A DNA stretch of 64,000 nucleotides from Candidatus Anderseniibacteriota bacterium (GTDB taxonomy: Bacteria > Patescibacteriota > Andersenbacteria > UBA10190): the NCBI GenBank assembly GCA_021414205.1, contig JAIOOW010000002.1, positions 215,062 through 279,061 of the forward strand, written 5' to 3'. Positions 47,663 through 55,554 of the stretch are shown here, one piece after another (position 1 is the stretch's first letter; every line of letters starts with the position of its first letter). Both the position numbers and the translations under genes were made by a program. Under the pieces are notes generated by a model. The model was not told the origin of the DNA, ran no database searches, and saw nothing but the letters and a program-made list of their open reading frames with translations.

Positions 47663-49001
47663 TAAGCAAGTATTTCGAATTATTACAAATGAGGAAGCAC
47701 GCCAGCAGGAAACGCTTTCGATGATTCCTTCCGAGAATTGGTTTTCATCGTCCGTTCGCGAAGCTGTCGGGTCCGTCATGTCACACAAATACGCAGAAGG
47801 AAATATTGGGTCAAGATACTATGAAGGCAATCAATATATCGACGAACTAGAACAACTTGCAATAGATCGGGCAAAAAAAGCATTTAATTTGCCAAAAACA
47901 TGGGATGTAAACGTCCAGGCTCTATCCGGAAGCAGCGCAAATTTGGCAGTATACCTAGCGCTCCTCCAACCAGGCGACACTATGCTTGCCATGTACCTGC
48001 CTGACGGCGGGCATTTATCTCACGGATGGTCATTTGAACCGGATGCGAAGAAGCGCGAAAAAGATGTAAAATCCGGCTTGCTCGTATACACAGGTGGAAG
48101 CCGCAAAGTAAACATTACGTCTATTTTATATAATCCCGTTCAATATAAAACAGATCCGAAAACATCCCAATTTGACTACAAAGAAATTGAAAAGATTGCG
48201 CTCAAATATAAGCCGAAGCTCATTATTACTGGAGGCACTGCATATCCAAGAATTATTAATTATAGAAAGATGAAAGCAATCGCCAAGAAAGTTGGCGCAT
48301 TCTATATGGCAGATATTGCGCATGAGGCAGGGTTAGTAGCCGGCGGCGCATTCCCATCCCCAGTCGGCATTGCAGACGTTGTTACTATGACGACCCATAA
48401 AACATTGCGATCTGGCCGCGGCGCAATTATTCTTGCAAAAAAAGAACTCATAGAAAAAATAAACCGAGCAATCTTGCCAGGTTTACAGGGTGGTCCGCAC
48501 AATCACAATATTGCCGGCATTGCAGTTGGGTTGGGCGAGGCTATCAAGCCGACATTTAAAAAATACGCAAAACAAGTAGTTCTAAATGCGCAGGCACTTG
48601 GCAAAGCACTGCAGGCACAAGACTTCAAACTAGTCACAGACGGAACAGACAAGCATTTGCTACTGATCGATTTATCGCACGAACCATTGCTTGGCCGACC
48701 ATTTGCGCGCGTACTCGCACTCGCAGGCATTACCGCAAACTACTCCACGATGCCATGGGATTCCCGCCCGCCTCGCAACCCATCCGCACTTCGACTCGGA
48801 ACGCCAGTTCTAACGACCCGTGGCATGAAAGAAAAAGAAATGGTTAAAATTGCTGAGTGGATCCGCGAAGCAATGCGTACCGCAGAACCGTGGAAGGAGC
48901 TGTCGTTTGAGCAATTAGAGAAAGAAGCTACTAAATCTAAAGACATCAAGCAGATCGCCAAAGAAGTAAAAGAACTTTGCAAAACGTTCCCGTTGGCCTA
49001 A
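47631..49001 (+). CDS. glyA: serine hydroxymethyltransferase
   Basis: LSMIPSENWFS, THKTLRSGRGA PLP-lysine motif; start overlaps the folA 3' end. Confidence 0.9.
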   Translation: MYAMNNLQKTDKQVFRIITNEEARQQETLSMIPSENWFSSSVREAVGSVMSHKYAEGNIGSRYYEGNQYIDELEQLAIDRAKKAFNLPKTWDVNVQALSGSSANLAVYLALLQPGDTMLAMYLPDGGHLSHGWSFEPDAKKREKDVKSGLLVYTGGSRKVNITSILYNPVQYKTDPKTSQFDYKEIEKIALKYKPKLIITGGTAYPRIINYRKMKAIAKKVGAFYMADIAHEAGLVAGGAFPSPVGIADVVTMTTHKTLRSGRGAIILAKKELIEKINRAILPGLQGGPHNHNIAGIAVGLGEAIKPTFKKYAKQVVLNAQALGKALQAQDFKLVTDGTDKHLLLIDLSHEPLLGRPFARVLALAGITANYSTMPWDSRPPRNPSALRLGTPVLTTRGMKEKEMVKIAEWIREAMRTAEPWKELSFEQLEKEATKSKDIKQIAKEVKELCKTFPLA

Positions 49002-49011
49002 TATAGGCGTC

Positions 49012-49872
49012 ATGACGTATTTCATGACGCAATGGTATATATTCCAAGACTTAACCGATCAGGAGGTTTTGGATATCCAAAAAGATCTTCGTGAAATTGG
49101 ATCTACCCACGACATGAACGGTTTAATTTTGCTCGCCAACGAAGGCTGCAATGGGACGGTGGCCGGCTCTCCAGAAGCAATTGAGACCATTCGCGCATAC
49201 CTTACTGAAGCATTCCCAAAGATTTCATTTCAAGATTGGACCAGCGACATAAAGCCATTTAAGCGATTTAAAGTAGATATCCGAAAAGAAATCGTTGCAT
49301 TAAAACATGAGGGCATTCTTCCGGCGGGAAATGCTAAGCATCTTTCTCCGAAAGAATTTCATGAAATGATGCAAAAAGGCGATGTAACTGTGCTAGATAC
49401 TAGAAATACCTACGAAACAAAAATCGGAACGTTTGAGAATGCAATTGATCCGAAATTAGAATCATTTTATCAATTCCCGAAATTCGTAGAAGAGAGCAAT
49501 ATTCCGAAAGATAAACCCGTCCTCATGTTCTGCACGAGCGGAATTCGGTGTGAAAAAGCAGGAGAGGAAATGGCGCATCAAGGATATAAAGAGGTGTATC
49601 AACTCGATGGCGGCATCACGAATTATTTAAAAGAGTATCCGAACGGCAAATGGAATGGCGAATGCTTTATGTTCGACCATCGCGTTGCTGTGGATTCGCA
49701 TTTGCAACCAAGTAAGCGCTACGCCCTCTGCCCTATCTGCGGCAACCCGGGCGACGTGCAAGCCGCATGTTCCGTATGCGGTAGTGAGTCCAAATACTGC
49801 GCAGACTGCCTCGCAGTAAATCCTGCCACCTGTTCTCGGGCATGCAGACACGAGGTGCAAAAGTCAGCCTAA
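49012..49872 (+). CDS. trhO: rhodanese-domain tRNA U34 hydroxylase TrhO (YceA/UPF0176 family) with a C-terminal Cys cluster
   Basis: Rhodanese active-site loop CTSGIRCEKAG, N-terminal YceA-like domain, C-terminal CPICG...CSVCG...CADC. Confidence 0.7.
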   Translation: MTYFMTQWYIFQDLTDQEVLDIQKDLREIGSTHDMNGLILLANEGCNGTVAGSPEAIETIRAYLTEAFPKISFQDWTSDIKPFKRFKVDIRKEIVALKHEGILPAGNAKHLSPKEFHEMMQKGDVTVLDTRNTYETKIGTFENAIDPKLESFYQFPKFVEESNIPKDKPVLMFCTSGIRCEKAGEEMAHQGYKEVYQLDGGITNYLKEYPNGKWNGECFMFDHRVAVDSHLQPSKRYALCPICGNPGDVQAACSVCGSESKYCADCLAVNPATCSRACRHEVQKSA

Positions 49873-49942
49873 AATAGGAGTACAATAAAGAAACGGTGGT
49901 TCTTTGGAAAATTGGATTTTTCAATGAAAGGGCGGGTCAATC

Positions 49943-50122
49943 ATGACTATTCAGATTCGTGATGAAGTAGCGTATGCGTTACGACTGAAAAAGACCGAAC
50001 AGGAGAAACGAAACGAAGCGCCGCGAAAACAGCCTCGTACCAATCAAGGCTCGTACCCCGCTACAGTTACGTACTCATGGATGCCAAGAGGTGCGCACTT
50101 CGCACTAGCGAATCAAGACTAA
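49943..50122 (+). CDS. candidate small ORF (59 aa), below the track cut-off
   Basis: AAAGGGCGGG RBS-like 7 nt upstream of ATG; basic/Lys-Arg-rich middle; no family recognised. Confidence 0.25.
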   Translation: MTIQIRDEVAYALRLKKTEQEKRNEAPRKQPRTNQGSYPATVTYSWMPRGAHFALANQD

Positions 50123-50207
50123 GAAGGAGATACTTTGGAATCAACGACAGCGCACAAACAACCCCGGTAGCACATCTGCTCGCCGGGGTTCATTCTTGCG
50201 TATTGAC

Positions 50208-50387
50208 TTATTTCCAAGCTTTTTCGATTTCAGCCTTTACCAAAGAAGGAGACACTTTGATCGCCTTTTCAATAATGCCGTGCTTTGCACTTTCCGTCTT
50301 TGCGGCAGCAAATTTCGCTTTTAACTGAGCAAGCTTCGCTTTTCGGCGCTGACGTACTTTTCGTTCCATTGTTCGAGGTTTTGACAT
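50208..50387 (-). CDS. candidate small basic protein (59 aa) immediately downstream of gpsA, below the track cut-off
   Basis: ATG 5 nt after the gpsA stop (co-transcribed position); MSKPRTMERKVRQRRKAKLAQLKAKFAAAK... strongly basic, ribosomal-protein-like composition; hairpin downstream. Confidence 0.4.
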   Translation of the reverse strand: MSKPRTMERKVRQRRKAKLAQLKAKFAAAKTESAKHGIIEKAIKVSPSLVKAEIEKAWK

Positions 50388-50391
50388 TTCC

Positions 50392-51291
50392 CTATGATAC
50401 GCAGGAAGCTACTATCTTGTCAATATCGCGCGCAGGAGCATTTCCGCTCACTATTGCGCCTATTCCTCGACACAACGGTGCTACAACCCCTTTTGCATCC
50501 AGCAATGCCATCATCTGCGGAAGAGACTCAGCCCCCTCGCTCACCGTTATGCATTCCCCTGATTGTACAATCTCGTGGCCCACTTGGCAGTTTCTGGAAT
50601 GAGGGGAAAATCCAGTAGCAATCAAATCCGCTATGCCTGCACCCGTCAGTGCTGTGTCGCGCTTTCCATCGAATGCAGCAATAATATTCCCCATTTCTTG
50701 AATAGCAACTCGCACAAACCAGCCTCGGAAATTACTTCCCAAAAGCATCGCATCTGCCATACCCAACCCTATAGAGTAAATATTCTTCAATACACCTGCC
50801 AAGGCGACGCCGTGAATATCTGAAGAATATTCCACCTGCAGCAATGTTCCTGCAAACAATTCAGATACCAGATCATACGAGGCCTTGCTTGCTGTGGCCA
50901 ACACCGTATACGCAGGGAGCTTTTGAGCAATCTCTGCAGCAAGCATTGGCCCATGCATCAAGGCGATATTCGCAGAATCTCCAAACACGTCTCGCAATAT
51001 TTCATCGGAAGTTTTAAGCGTATCTTTTTCAATTCCCTTTGTAGGCGAAATAATAACTGCCCCAGATGAAACATACGGCAAAATTGATTCCGCGGCCTTG
51101 CGCAGCACCCACGATGACACGCATAAAAAGACCACTTCAGCATCGCGCAGCACGCTTTCAAGCGACTGCATATCAGAAACTTTCGCAGAATCGGTATCCC
51201 ACATCGCAATTTCAACACTTTGTTTGGATGACACAATTCCCGAAATCGCCTGACCAAAATTTCCGGCCCCGATAATAGCTATCTTGTGCAT
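50392..51291 (-). CDS. gpsA: NAD(P)H-dependent glycerol-3-phosphate dehydrogenase
   Basis: KIAIIGAGNFGQA Rossmann N-terminus, GLGMADA...GSNFRG GpsA C-domain motifs. Confidence 0.8.
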   Translation of the reverse strand: MHKIAIIGAGNFGQAISGIVSSKQSVEIAMWDTDSAKVSDMQSLESVLRDAEVVFLCVSSWVLRKAAESILPYVSSGAVIISPTKGIEKDTLKTSDEILRDVFGDSANIALMHGPMLAAEIAQKLPAYTVLATASKASYDLVSELFAGTLLQVEYSSDIHGVALAGVLKNIYSIGLGMADAMLLGSNFRGWFVRVAIQEMGNIIAAFDGKRDTALTGAGIADLIATGFSPHSRNCQVGHEIVQSGECITVSEGAESLPQMMALLDAKGVVAPLCRGIGAIVSGNAPARDIDKIVASCVS

Positions 51292-51319
51292 ATAATGCAT
51301 ACTACTATAAACTTACGGA

Positions 51320-51733
51320 ATGCATAAAGGTTTTGTACTAGTAGCATTTTTGGGCCTCGTAGTTGCGGGATACCTGTTTATTACCTACACATCCCCCATC
51401 CCTATTACCTGCGTTGCAGGAGAAGGCTGCAAAACAGTCCAAGCAAGCCATTTCTCTTCATTCTTCGGCATTCCAACGCCAGCCTATGGCATTATCTACT
51501 ATCTTGCTCTTGGCATTTTTGGCGCACTATGGCAAAAAAATTCCTCGAAGCTGTTTAATCTCGCCCTGACAATACTTACCTCTAGCGGACTTGCGATATC
51601 TATATTTTTATCCTATCTCGAGGCGTTTGTGGTGCATGCATGGTGCTCCTGGTGCGTTACCAGCGCAATCCTTACTGTAGTTGCATTCATTATAAATTGG
51701 CGTGTAGTATCAAACCATGACACTCACATCTGA
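51320..51733 (+). CDS. vitamin K epoxide reductase (VKOR)-family membrane protein
   Basis: Loop cysteines CVAGEGC and CSWC active site in the last TM; 4-5 TM. Confidence 0.75.
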   Translation: MHKGFVLVAFLGLVVAGYLFITYTSPIPITCVAGEGCKTVQASHFSSFFGIPTPAYGIIYYLALGIFGALWQKNSSKLFNLALTILTSSGLAISIFLSYLEAFVVHAWCSWCVTSAILTVVAFIINWRVVSNHDTHI

Positions 51734-52367
51734 TGCAAAATTCGTAATAGGTATCTTAGTTGCCACATGCCTCGTTATCGGCGTTGGGGCATGGGTTACC
51801 CAGATTAAATCAAAACCGGCAGCAGCAAATGTTGTTCCTGCAAACTTAGTAGATCGCCTCGCTCGATCGGACTCAGCATTTCAAGGACCTGCAGACGCTA
51901 AGGTTACCGTGGTTGAATTCGGCGACTTCCAGTGCCCTGCATGCGGATCACTCTACCCGGCGTTCAAACAAGCAATGCAGGACAATAAAGATAAATCAGT
52001 TCGATTTGTATTTAGAAACTATCCGCTCCCTCAACACCAATTTGCACCACTAGCAGCAGAAGCGTCATTATACGCACTTGCTCAAAATAAATTCTGGGAA
52101 TTTCATGATATTTTATTCGAGCATCAAGATAACTTGACCCAAGCTGATTTAGAAAACTATGCAAAACAAATAGGGTTCAATGCGGATGATTTTAAAAATG
52201 CACTAGATAATCACACGTATAAAGGGATCGTTGATCGCGATAAGGCGGATGGCGTAGCACTTGGACTGGATCACACCCCTACGGTATACATCAACGACAC
52301 TGAATACACAGGCAATTATTCAGCAACCGAACTTGAATCCGCCATAGACGCCGCGCTTACAAAATAA
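51717..52367 (+). CDS. DsbA-family thioredoxin-like oxidoreductase (membrane-anchored)
   Basis: FGDFQCPACG (CPAC) thioredoxin active site; overlaps the VKOR gene by 17 nt. Confidence 0.75.
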   Translation: MTLTSDAKFVIGILVATCLVIGVGAWVTQIKSKPAAANVVPANLVDRLARSDSAFQGPADAKVTVVEFGDFQCPACGSLYPAFKQAMQDNKDKSVRFVFRNYPLPQHQFAPLAAEASLYALAQNKFWEFHDILFEHQDNLTQADLENYAKQIGFNADDFKNALDNHTYKGIVDRDKADGVALGLDHTPTVYINDTEYTGNYSATELESAIDAALTK

Positions 52368-52370
52368 GCC

Positions 52371-54494
52371 CTAGTGTATCTCAACTACGTAGGCTTTACC
52401 ATCGGTGAAGAATGTATCTCCGGTGAAATTTTTCCCGAGCGTCGGCTGAACGAATTGCACGCTTGTATACGATAGATTACTTCCCCCACTTACTAAATCG
52501 TGCAGCAATACTCCTCGCTCGTTATCCACATTCGGATCAATCGCGTGAGTAGCAAATATCCATTTTAAATGAGTATCTAAGCTCGCAACCCCCACATACA
52601 CTCTATCTCCTGAATCAGTAACATACGCGGTACGCCAGAATCGGGCATGATTACGGGATTTAATATTATCAGCAGACGTAGGCTTCTCGAAGGCAAAATC
52701 ATTCACCTCCTGATTCCAAAACGACGGCGTTATGGGGGCCGTAGGATATGGTTTTCCCGTTACGCCGGCAACGAGCAAATCTATCATTGTTCGAGCACTT
52801 AACTGCTGTGCCGGATACCATCCTGCCTTCGTAAACGCTGATACAAACGCTGATTCGCTCGGAGCAGTAACAATAAATGCAATCGGCTCCTGACGATTTC
52901 CTCGCAGCGTTTCCGTATACTGCGGAGACCCGTCAGAAAATATATCCAGAGCATTCTTAGTGGTAGTAGAAGCTGTCTCGAATACCGGCGGCGCGAGCAA
53001 GAGATCATCAATTGCGTCATGGCCAACTGCAATAAAATATACTGCAAAGGCGATAATGCACACTCCTGTGCCGGCTAACGCGAACGGATGCGACTGAACG
53101 CGAGCAGCAACTGCATGATTCGGTTTTTTATGAGACATCCACTCAGATAGGCTAATACCAATAATAAGCCATAATAGGCCCATCAAGTATCCGCCCCATA
53201 CGTCTGAGAAATAATGCACGCCCACATACAAACGAGACAATCCGATAAGAAAAATAACGGCAAGCCCGAAAAAGGTTATATATATCTTGTTTCTCCATCT
53301 GCGGGCATACCGCACTGCTATGTAGGTAAGAAATCCATACAGTGCTACCGCAAAGATCGAATGCCCGCTTGGGAATGAAAATGACTGCTCGGTATATACC
53401 GCAACCCCTACCGGACGAGGGCGATGCAACTCAAATTTGCCGATAAGCCCTACGATTTGGCTCCCGGCAACTGCAATCCATAAAGGAATAATAAAACGTT
53501 CTTTTCGCCACAAAAATAACACAGCAGATGCGCACACAAGCGTGCCTGCAGCAATTACCCAGTTCCCGAGCATGGTGACCCATAAGAAAAACGTGGTAGC
53601 TGGGCCGGAGCGGAATGCATACAATAAATTCTCAACCCGAACATCTGCTCCTGACAGCACTGTCGACGTAGCAAGACTCTGCACAATTCCAAAAAATTCA
53701 AGCAATGCACCCAAAAATGCGATAACAAGCAACGTAAACGGCATTCCCCAGAAGGAATCCGTCCTGCTTCTATCTCTCAAAAATCGAGATGTGCGCGGAT
53801 GGTGCTGAGCCCATAGCACAACATCGTGATTTGTAATAATAGCGTGGAGCACAGACAACCATATCGATTGTGCGAATCGATATATGCGCTTAGCGCGTCG
53901 AGCTGTAAATCTTGCCAAGTACCATAAACCAATAATAAATAGCCCAGCAACCAAAATGAACAACCCCGCACGCGTCGACCATTTTTCTGCAACACGCCAT
54001 GCCGCACCAAAAAAGTACCCGGTATACACGTGAGCTGCCGACCACCCGATTGCGCTTATAATATTCCAAATAAAGAATTGCCTTGTGTCCATTTTGAACA
54101 TTCCGGCAATATACGGAATAAACGACCGAATTCCGCTAATAAACCTTCCTAAAAACACGCTATAGTATCCATGCTTCTTGAAAAATTGTTCGCCTCGAGC
54201 CAAATGCTTCGTATGAAAAATACGATTCGTATCGGAAAATATTGACGTTCCGTATCGCCCCCAAAAAAAGCTCACTGCATCGCCGATAATCGCACCTACA
54301 ATACAAATGCTAGTTAACACCAGCGGATTCATCTCCCCTTTTGAGGCAATAAATCCAAGCAGCGTTACCACGATAGACCCAGGAACAAGAAAACCTACAA
54401 ATGCCACCGCTTCTAATATCGATGCCAAAAATCCTACAAGATACCCCCAGTATCCTATATGTTCGATGTATGCGAAAAGTTGATCAACCCACAT
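52371..54494 (-). CDS. tripartite DedA / PAP2 phosphatase / LssY-C-domain membrane protein
   Basis: N-terminal DedA domain, central PAP2 motifs (KxxxxxxRP, PSGHS, SRLYVGVHYFSD), C-terminal soluble LssY-like domain. Confidence 0.75.
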   Translation of the reverse strand: MWVDQLFAYIEHIGYWGYLVGFLASILEAVAFVGFLVPGSIVVTLLGFIASKGEMNPLVLTSICIVGAIIGDAVSFFWGRYGTSIFSDTNRIFHTKHLARGEQFFKKHGYYSVFLGRFISGIRSFIPYIAGMFKMDTRQFFIWNIISAIGWSAAHVYTGYFFGAAWRVAEKWSTRAGLFILVAGLFIIGLWYLARFTARRAKRIYRFAQSIWLSVLHAIITNHDVVLWAQHHPRTSRFLRDRSRTDSFWGMPFTLLVIAFLGALLEFFGIVQSLATSTVLSGADVRVENLLYAFRSGPATTFFLWVTMLGNWVIAAGTLVCASAVLFLWRKERFIIPLWIAVAGSQIVGLIGKFELHRPRPVGVAVYTEQSFSFPSGHSIFAVALYGFLTYIAVRYARRWRNKIYITFFGLAVIFLIGLSRLYVGVHYFSDVWGGYLMGLLWLIIGISLSEWMSHKKPNHAVAARVQSHPFALAGTGVCIIAFAVYFIAVGHDAIDDLLLAPPVFETASTTTKNALDIFSDGSPQYTETLRGNRQEPIAFIVTAPSESAFVSAFTKAGWYPAQQLSARTMIDLLVAGVTGKPYPTAPITPSFWNQEVNDFAFEKPTSADNIKSRNHARFWRTAYVTDSGDRVYVGVASLDTHLKWIFATHAIDPNVDNERGVLLHDLVSGGSNLSYTSVQFVQPTLGKNFTGDTFFTDGKAYVVEIH

Positions 54495-54508
54495 AGGGTG
54501 CAGGTTAT

Positions 54509-55084
54509 CTATTTTACTTGAATCGTCGGACTAATCACTGCGGATGCGGCCGCGCATTCCTGATCTCCGCTCGCACACGATCTGGTAAATACTAACCAAT
54601 TGTCGTTCATCGCAGCAGAAACGAGTGTGCCTGTCGAATCAGGACAAGAGAAAAAGTCTTCTTGTATTGCGGGGAAGTTTTTATACCCCAATAAATTTGG
54701 TATCAGCACTATTTGAAACGATCCAAAGGAGTACGCAGTCTCCGGCAGCTTCTTCATCGTGCTCGCCATTTCAGGAAAATACGATGCAGGGCGATACTTC
54801 GGACCGCACGCTTTATAATGGGCAAGAATATAGTCCGCATCTTTTGCAGGGCTTATCGCATGCTGAGTAATAGTTCCAGTTAAATTCCCCGTGGAAAACT
54901 GAAACGGCACAGACGCATCTTTTGAAAACAAAGCCCCCGCGTCTTGCGCAGCGTTAATCACCGGATGGTTTGCAGTATTTTTCACCGAAGCAGTCCCATT
55001 GCCAGATCGTAAAGACGCAAATAACATCCCGGCCCCGATAAGCACAAGCAGGAGAATAAATATCTTAAAGATGGGCTTTTTCAT
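54509..55084 (-). CDS. secreted hypothetical protein (signal peptide)
   Basis: N-terminal signal/anchor MKKPIFKIFILLLVLIGAG; no family recognised. Confidence 0.5.
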   Translation of the reverse strand: MKKPIFKIFILLLVLIGAGMLFASLRSGNGTASVKNTANHPVINAAQDAGALFSKDASVPFQFSTGNLTGTITQHAISPAKDADYILAHYKACGPKYRPASYFPEMASTMKKLPETAYSFGSFQIVLIPNLLGYKNFPAIQEDFFSCPDSTGTLVSAAMNDNWLVFTRSCASGDQECAAASAVISPTIQVK

Positions 55085-55096
55085 ACCGTAAGCACC

Positions 55097-55540
55097 TTAC
55101 TGTGACTGCCCCGATTCGTCAAGGCGACGCAAGATTTCGAGTATCAAATTATTTTGTTTCTTCATATTTGAAAGCAATTCCTTAATCTCTCGCTCGGCCT
55201 GAACATTCAATTCAAAATCCGCCTCTGCTCGCGCTTCTGCGTGCCTGCTCTGCAGATTCTGACCGACCATAATGAGCGGTAGCAATATTAATTGTAATAC
55301 ATTGGATATAAACAGCCACAATATGAATCCAGGAAACGGGTCGAATCGAAATTCTTTTGGCGCATAGGTATTCCATAGTATCCAGCAAATAGTCCACAAT
55401 GCGACCAAGAAGAAAAACCCCATGCTGCCAACTTTGTCTGTCGTATGCAAAGCCAAGCGCTCTAGTGGCGATAAGTTTTCGTGATGCTCAACATTTACAT
55501 TGCGCACCCGAGAGATATATTGAAGACCATTTTCTTCCAT
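55097..55540 (-). CDS. DUF1003-family membrane protein
   Basis: FDPFPGFILWLFISNVLQLILLPLIMVGQNLQ matches the DUF1003 core. Confidence 0.6.
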   Translation of the reverse strand: MEENGLQYISRVRNVNVEHHENLSPLERLALHTTDKVGSMGFFFLVALWTICWILWNTYAPKEFRFDPFPGFILWLFISNVLQLILLPLIMVGQNLQSRHAEARAEADFELNVQAEREIKELLSNMKKQNNLILEILRRLDESGQSQ

Positions 55541-55554
55541 AGAATGTATGTGAG

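Noticed and set aside
49873-50391. Possible RNase P RNA, SRP RNA or 6S RNA in the large gap
   Set aside because: Conserved RNase P P4 (AGGAAAGUCCGGGCUCC-like) or SRP domain IV motifs could not be found by eye; left as small ORFs plus hairpin pending a covariance-model search.
50077-50602. Track ORFs 50077-50328 (+) and 50285-50602 (+)
   Set aside because: They overlap gpsA and the better-supported minus-strand small ORF, lack RBS or promoter context, and have odd composition.
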